A stretch of 64,000 nucleotides of DNA, from contig SVBH01000002.1 in assembly GCA_015058985.1 (NCBI GenBank), forward strand, positions 50,727 to 114,726, given 5' to 3'. Of this stretch, positions 58,727-64,000 are shown piece by piece (position 1 is the first letter of the stretch; every line of letters begins with the position of its first letter). A program made the position numbers and the translations under genes. Source of the DNA: Erysipelotrichaceae bacterium (GTDB taxonomy: Bacteria > Bacillota_I > Bacilli_A > RFN20 > DUOF01). Below the pieces are notes generated by a model that made no database searches, was not told the origin of the DNA, and was given only the letters and a program-made list of their open reading frames with translations.

Positions 58727-61339
58727 ATGAAAGAACTAAATCCAAAATATGATCATAAAATGGTTGAAGAAGGAAAGTATAAAGATTGGTTGTCAAAAGA
58801 TTATTTTAAATGTGGTGATTTAAATAAAAAACCTTTTTCAATTGTTATACCTCCACCTAACGTTACAGGAAAGCTACATTTGGGGCATGCATGGGATGTT
58901 ACTTTACAAGATTTAATAGCCAGATACAAAAGAATGCAAGGATTTGATGTTTTATGGTTGCCTGGAATGGATCATGCTGGAATTGCAACACAAGCAAAGG
59001 TTGAAGAAAGATTAAGAAAAGAAGGAATTTCAAGATATGATTTGGGTAGAGAAAAATTCTTAGATCAAGTTTGGGCCTGGAAAGAAGAGTATGCTTCTAC
59101 CATAAGAACTCAATGGGCAAAAATGGGTGTTAGTGTTGATTATAGTAAAGAAAGATTTACACTTGATCAAGGACTAAGCAAAGCAGTTAGAGAAGTTTTC
59201 GTTAAATTATATAATGAGGGACTTATCTATCGTGGACTTAGAATCATCAACTGGGACCCTGTTCAAAAAACAGCGTTGTCCAATATAGAAGTTATCCATA
59301 AAGAACAAAAATCTGATTTTTTCTATTTTAAATATTATTTAGAAGGAAGCAATGAAAGATATTTAAGTGTTGCAACTACTCGTCCTGAGACAATGTATGG
59401 AGATGTTGCTGTTGTAGTTAACCCTAAAGATACAAGATTTAAAGACTTTGTAGGAAAAAGAGTTATAAATCCTGCTAATGGAGAACCTTTGATTGTTATT
59501 GAAGATGATTATATTGATATAGAATTTGGAACAGGTGCAATGAAGTGTACCCCTGCTCATGATCCTAACGACTTCTTAATAGGAGAAAGACATGGTTTAG
59601 AAAAACCAATTTGTATTAATAAGGATGGCACTGTTAATGAACTTGCGGGTAAATATAATGGATTAGATCGTTTCGAATGTCGTAAGAAAATGGTTGAAGA
59701 AATGGATCAAAAAGGGTTATTAATCAAAATTGAAAAGATTACTAATCAAGTAGGACATTCAGAAAGAAGTGATGCAGTAGTAGAACCATATTTATCTGAA
59801 CAATGGTTTGTTAAAATGAAACCTCTTGCAGAAGCATCGCTAGAAGCGTTAGGTACTAAAAAAGGTGTTGAATTCTATCCTCCTAGATTTGAAAAAATCT
59901 ATCGTAATTGGATGGAAGGAGCAGAAGATTGGTGTATTTCTAGACAACTTTGGTGGGGACATAGAATCCCTGCTTGGTATCATAAAGTAACAGGAGAGGT
60001 ATATGTTGGTACTGAGGAACCTAAAGATATTGAAAATTATATTCAAGATGAAGATGTTTTAGATACATGGTTCTCTAGTGCGCTTTGGCCTTTCTCTACT
60101 ATGGGTTGGCCTGATACTAGTAGTATGTTATTAAAAAGATATTTTCCTACTGATGTTTTAGTAACAGGATATGATATTATTTTCTTCTGGGTTAGTAGAA
60201 TGATTTTTACATCTTTAAAATTCATGAATAATAAGCCATTTAAGGAAGTTTTAATTCATGGTTTGATTCGTGATGAGCAAGGACGAAAAATGTCTAAATC
60301 ACTTGGAAATGGTGTGGATCCAATGGATGTTATTGATTCATATGGTGTAGACGCTTTACGTTTCTTCTTAATCACTAATTCTACTCCTGGACAAGATATG
60401 AGATACAGTGATGATAAAGTCAAATCTGCTTGGGGATTTATCAATAAAATTTGGAATGCTTCTAGATTCGTATTGATGTCTTTAGATGATAACTATATTA
60501 AAGAAAATGTTGATACCTCTAAATTATCAATATTTGACTTTTGGATTTTAAGTAAATTAAATGAAACTATCAAAGAAGTTACAAAATCAATGGAAAAATA
60601 TGAGTTTGGTATCGCAGGAAAATCTTTATATAATTTTATCTATAATGATTTCTGCTCTTGGTATATTGAACTTAGTAAAGTTAAGCAAAACAATAACACT
60701 AAAAATATCTTAGTATATCTAATTGAAACAATTTCTAAATTATTGCACCCATTTACTCCTTTTGTAAGCGAAGAAATTTATCAAACTATCAATGGTAATG
60801 ATACAAGTTTAAATGTTGCAAGTTATCCTACTGTTTTGAATTTACCTAAAGATAAAGAAAAAATCTTAGTAGCCACTAAAATTCAAGAAATCATTAGTGC
60901 AGTTAGAAATTTAAGAAATGAGAATAAAATTGCTCCAAATAAACCAATAGAAATTAATATCGTTGTTGAGGATGACAAACTAAAATCAGGGTTAGAAGAT
61001 AATGAAGAATATTTAGAAAGATTCTTATTTGCTTCTGCTTTATATATCAGTAAAGTAAATCCTAGTTCAGAAAAAGCAATTAATATTGTTTTAGATAAAG
61101 TTACATTGGTAATACCTTTGAAAGGTTTATTAGATGTAGAAGCTGAAATAAAAAGGTTAGAAAATGAAATTGCCAAAGTTGAAAAAGAACTAGCAAGGAG
61201 CAAAAATATTTTATCTAATGAAAACTTCATTTCTAAGGCAAGTCCAGAAAAAATTGCTATAGAAAAAGAAAAAGAAGCAGTTTATCAAGAAAACTATAAG
61301 AAATTAGTTGAAAAACTAAACGAATATAAAAATATATAA
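58727..61339 (+). CDS. valS: Valyl-tRNA synthetase. Start is ATG 58727 after GAAAGGAGA; ORF-track start 58697 lies inside the T-box terminator.
   Basis: HIGH motif PPPNVTGKLHLGHA, KMSKS motif KMSKSLGN, C-terminal coiled coil. Confidence 0.96.
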   Translation: MKELNPKYDHKMVEEGKYKDWLSKDYFKCGDLNKKPFSIVIPPPNVTGKLHLGHAWDVTLQDLIARYKRMQGFDVLWLPGMDHAGIATQAKVEERLRKEGISRYDLGREKFLDQVWAWKEEYASTIRTQWAKMGVSVDYSKERFTLDQGLSKAVREVFVKLYNEGLIYRGLRIINWDPVQKTALSNIEVIHKEQKSDFFYFKYYLEGSNERYLSVATTRPETMYGDVAVVVNPKDTRFKDFVGKRVINPANGEPLIVIEDDYIDIEFGTGAMKCTPAHDPNDFLIGERHGLEKPICINKDGTVNELAGKYNGLDRFECRKKMVEEMDQKGLLIKIEKITNQVGHSERSDAVVEPYLSEQWFVKMKPLAEASLEALGTKKGVEFYPPRFEKIYRNWMEGAEDWCISRQLWWGHRIPAWYHKVTGEVYVGTEEPKDIENYIQDEDVLDTWFSSALWPFSTMGWPDTSSMLLKRYFPTDVLVTGYDIIFFWVSRMIFTSLKFMNNKPFKEVLIHGLIRDEQGRKMSKSLGNGVDPMDVIDSYGVDALRFFLITNSTPGQDMRYSDDKVKSAWGFINKIWNASRFVLMSLDDNYIKENVDTSKLSIFDFWILSKLNETIKEVTKSMEKYEFGIAGKSLYNFIYNDFCSWYIELSKVKQNNNTKNILVYLIETISKLLHPFTPFVSEEIYQTINGNDTSLNVASYPTVLNLPKDKEKILVATKIQEIISAVRNLRNENKIAPNKPIEINIVVEDDKLKSGLEDNEEYLERFLFASALYISKVNPSSEKAINIVLDKVTLVIPLKGLLDVEAEIKRLENEIAKVEKELARSKNILSNENFISKASPEKIAIEKEKEAVYQENYKKLVEKLNEYKNI

Positions 61340-61362
61340 GAAGGAGAAATCCTTCTTTTTTT
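61339..61362 (+). terminator. Rho-independent terminator after valS
   Basis: agaagga/tccttct stem, loop gaaa, T6. Confidence 0.7.
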
Positions 61363-61421
61363 ATTAAAACTACCAATAAATAAGAAAATTTTTTATAATA
61401 TTAGTAAGGAGTGATTTAAAG

Positions 61422-62783
61422 ATGCAAGAATTAAACATTGAATTATTTAGAAATCTTATCAAAACTAAAAAAATCACTGAGTTAAGAGAAATATTTGAAG
61501 AATATAATAGTGTTGATATTGCCGATAATATCAATGAACTAAATGAAGATGAATTATTGTTTTTATTTAAAGTAATTCCTTCTTATAATAGTGCAGAAGT
61601 TTTTACATATTTAGATCAAAATGCAAAAGAAAAACTTATTAATCTTTTTTCAAACCAAGACATCCAAAAAGTTTTAGAAGAAATATACACAGATGATATT
61701 GTTGATTTTATTGAAGATTTGCCCACTAATCTAATAAGAAAAGTTTTAAGATCTATCAATAAAGAAACTAGAAATGATGTTAACAAGATTTTAAACTATC
61801 CAGAAGATTCAATAGGTTCCATTATGAATATTGGATATGTAGAGTTAGAAGAAGATGACACTTGTAAAGAAGCATTAGCTAAAATAAGAGAACAAGGCGA
61901 TAAAGCAGAAAGTATTTCTTATGCATATATAGTAGACAAAAAAAGAACCTTAAATGGATATATTAGTTTAAAAAACATTATTATGTCTAACGAAAAAGAG
62001 GTCATTGGAGACTTAATGGAAAAGGACATCATTAGTGTAATGTATGAAGATGATAAGGAAAAGGCATCATTAATATTTAAAAAATACGATATGTCTGTCT
62101 TACCAGTAGTTAATAAAGAAAATAAATTGATTGGAGTAATAACTGCGGATGATATTTTAGACGTTGTTACTGAAGAAGCAACAGAGGATATTCAAATTAT
62201 GTCAGGTAGTTCCCCTTTGGATGGGATGTATATGGACTCATCAGTTTTTTCATTATTTAAGAAAAGATTCTTTTGGCTCTTAATATTAATGATTAGTGCT
62301 GTTTTTACAGGAATGATTATTAGTAAATCAGAATCTATTTTAATTAATATACCTGCTTTAGCTATCTTTATGCCAATGCTTAATGGGACAGCAGGTAATG
62401 CAGGAAATCAAACCACAGGTATAGTAACCAGAGGAGTTTCTATTGAAACAATCAGCACTAAAGATTGGGGCAGAGTTGTTTGGAAAGAAATTAGGGTCGC
62501 ATTATTATTAGGAATAGGAATGTCTATTTGTGCGTATGGTTGGATGTGGATTGAAAAGTGGTTAGGAATCATTGATGTTACTGATACATCTTTGTTTTTC
62601 GTTGTATCTTTATCAATGTTTATTTCTATAGTGATAGCGAAAGTAATAGGAGCTAGTCTTCCTATCTTAGCAAAACTTTGTAAATTAGACCCTGCAGTAA
62701 TGGCAGGACCATTTGTTACTACTTTGGTTGATGCCTTAACAGTGGCATTGTATTATGGTCTTGCTGCCTTGCTTCTTATTTAA
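61422..62783 (+). CDS. mgtE: Magnesium transporter MgtE
   Basis: N-domain, tandem CBS domains, five C-terminal TM helices with GNAGNQ motif. Confidence 0.85.
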   Translation: MQELNIELFRNLIKTKKITELREIFEEYNSVDIADNINELNEDELLFLFKVIPSYNSAEVFTYLDQNAKEKLINLFSNQDIQKVLEEIYTDDIVDFIEDLPTNLIRKVLRSINKETRNDVNKILNYPEDSIGSIMNIGYVELEEDDTCKEALAKIREQGDKAESISYAYIVDKKRTLNGYISLKNIIMSNEKEVIGDLMEKDIISVMYEDDKEKASLIFKKYDMSVLPVVNKENKLIGVITADDILDVVTEEATEDIQIMSGSSPLDGMYMDSSVFSLFKKRFFWLLILMISAVFTGMIISKSESILINIPALAIFMPMLNGTAGNAGNQTTGIVTRGVSIETISTKDWGRVVWKEIRVALLLGIGMSICAYGWMWIEKWLGIIDVTDTSLFFVVSLSMFISIVIAKVIGASLPILAKLCKLDPAVMAGPFVTTLVDALTVALYYGLAALLLI

Positions 62784-62839
62784 GGTTGTAATTTATGATA
62801 AAAAAAGATAAAATACTTATGTCGATTGGAGTGAAATAA

Positions 62840-63685
62840 ATGGGCAAAATCATTATTATGTCTGATAGCACATGTGATTTATCAGAAAAATTAGTTAAAG
62901 AAAATAATATTAAAGTTTTTCCTTTATATGTTGTTTTTGGCGATGAGGCATATAAAGATGGAGTGGAAATAGACCCTGCTAAATTATATAAAATGGTTGA
63001 AAAGAGAAACGAAATGCCAAAGACTGCTGCCGCTTCTGTTGGTGATTTAGTAGAAGCATTTAAAAAATATATAGATGATAATTATGATATTATTTTTATT
63101 GCAGTAGGATCTGGACTTTCATCAACTTATAATAATGCATTACTTGCTAGTAAAGAGTTCCCGGAAGGTAGAATTGAAGTAATTGATAGTCAAAATCTTT
63201 CGACAGGTTCTGGCCTATTAGTACTAAAAGCTTCTAAATATGCAAAAGAAGGATGGCCAATTCAAGAAGTTGCTGAAAAAGTAAGAAAACTAGTACCTAA
63301 TGTAAGAAGTAAATTTACAGTTGAATCACTTGATTATTTACATAAAGGTGGAAGATGCAGTGGTACTACAAAACTGATAGGTAACTTATTTAGAATCAAA
63401 CCTATTATTGAAGTTAAAGACAATAAATTAGGTGTTTTAGCAAAACCAATTGGTAAAAAAAGAGCTATAAAATTTATGATTGAAGATATTTTAGAGAACA
63501 AGGACCATTTACACACTGATTGTGTGATGGTAACTCATACTTTCGCAGATGGTGATGCAAAAGATATCAAGAAAGCATTAAAGAAAGAATTGCCTAATGT
63601 TAAAATTGAGGAGACCGAAGCAGGTTGCGTAATTAGCTCTCATTGTGGCAAAGGAACAATAGGAATTTTATATATTGTTAAGTAA
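62840..63685 (+). CDS. DegV-family fatty-acid-binding protein
   Basis: MGKIIIMSDSTCDL N-terminus, SGLSSTYNNA, 281 aa. Confidence 0.85.
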   Translation: MGKIIIMSDSTCDLSEKLVKENNIKVFPLYVVFGDEAYKDGVEIDPAKLYKMVEKRNEMPKTAAASVGDLVEAFKKYIDDNYDIIFIAVGSGLSSTYNNALLASKEFPEGRIEVIDSQNLSTGSGLLVLKASKYAKEGWPIQEVAEKVRKLVPNVRSKFTVESLDYLHKGGRCSGTTKLIGNLFRIKPIIEVKDNKLGVLAKPIGKKRAIKFMIEDILENKDHLHTDCVMVTHTFADGDAKDIKKALKKELPNVKIEETEAGCVISSHCGKGTIGILYIVK

Positions 63686-63770
63686 TTAACAAAAATTGTT
63701 GTATGGCTTGTTAAAAAAGTTTCAGTTTATTAGGATTAATATGCTGAAATTTTTTTATTGGAGTGATATT

Positions 63771-64000
63771 ATGTTTAAACCTACAAATAGAATAATGTTA
63801 GAAACAGAAGCATTTTTGGAAAATCTTAAATTAGAGTCTTTATATAATGAAAATAATCCTGATTATGTCGAAACATTAGCCACAATCAAGGATTTTAAAA
63901 AACTAGTACCTAATATTGAATTTTATGCATATGATTTTTTATCATATAGTGAGGTTTTTCCTATGATGTTAAATTCAAAAGATCCTTCATTTTTACTAGA
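63771..64000 (+). CDS. Hypothetical protein, 3'-partial (runs off window end)
   Basis: ATG 63771 after GGAGTGA; MFKPTNRIMLETEAF... open to nt 64000. Confidence 0.35.
   Translation, partial: MFKPTNRIMLETEAFLENLKLESLYNENNPDYVETLATIKDFKKLVPNIEFYAYDFLSYSEVFPMMLNSKDPSFLL

Noticed and set aside
61340-61421. Possible M-box (Mg2+) riboswitch in front of mgtE
   Set aside because: The intergenic space (~80 nt, mostly taken by the valS terminator) is far too short for the ~160-nt M-box aptamer, and no conserved M-box elements were seen.

Overview
64 kb segment from a low-GC (roughly 30% by eye), standard-genetic-code Bacillota chromosome, almost entirely transcribed on the + strand. The housekeeping backbone follows Bacillus-type order: (rnc)-ftsY-ylxM-ffh / rpsP-khpA-rimM-trmD-(pyk)-rplS-lepB-rbgA-rnhB / dprA-topA-trmFO-xerC / rpsB-tsf-pyrH-frr-uppS-cdsA-rseP-polC / tig-lon-engB-(spoVID-like, ysxE-like)-valS-mgtE-degV. 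smc, clpX, dxr, proS and the hslVU-codY block are not at their usual positions. Four tRNA genes (Ala-GGC, Arg-CCT, Leu-CAA, Arg-TCT) bound accessory-looking blocks. These blocks hold an SPFH/zinc-ribbon (YdjI/YdjG-like) membrane module without pspA, a ZIP metal transporter, a spo0A orthologue with a 0A box in its own promoter, a second Xer-type recombinase, an orphan RND transporter and an ApbE-like lipoprotein. Other notable items: a 2.5 kb insertion of three unassignable genes (one divergent, two tandem paralogs) splitting the ffh-rpsP junction; an internally duplicated AdoMetDC-like protein after polC; a 1834-aa surface lipoprotein built from Flg_new-type and BspA-type leucine-rich repeats; a valine T-box leader upstream of valS; an RpsB with a KE/A-rich C-terminal tail. 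No CRISPR array, IS element, transposase or phage structural gene was seen.
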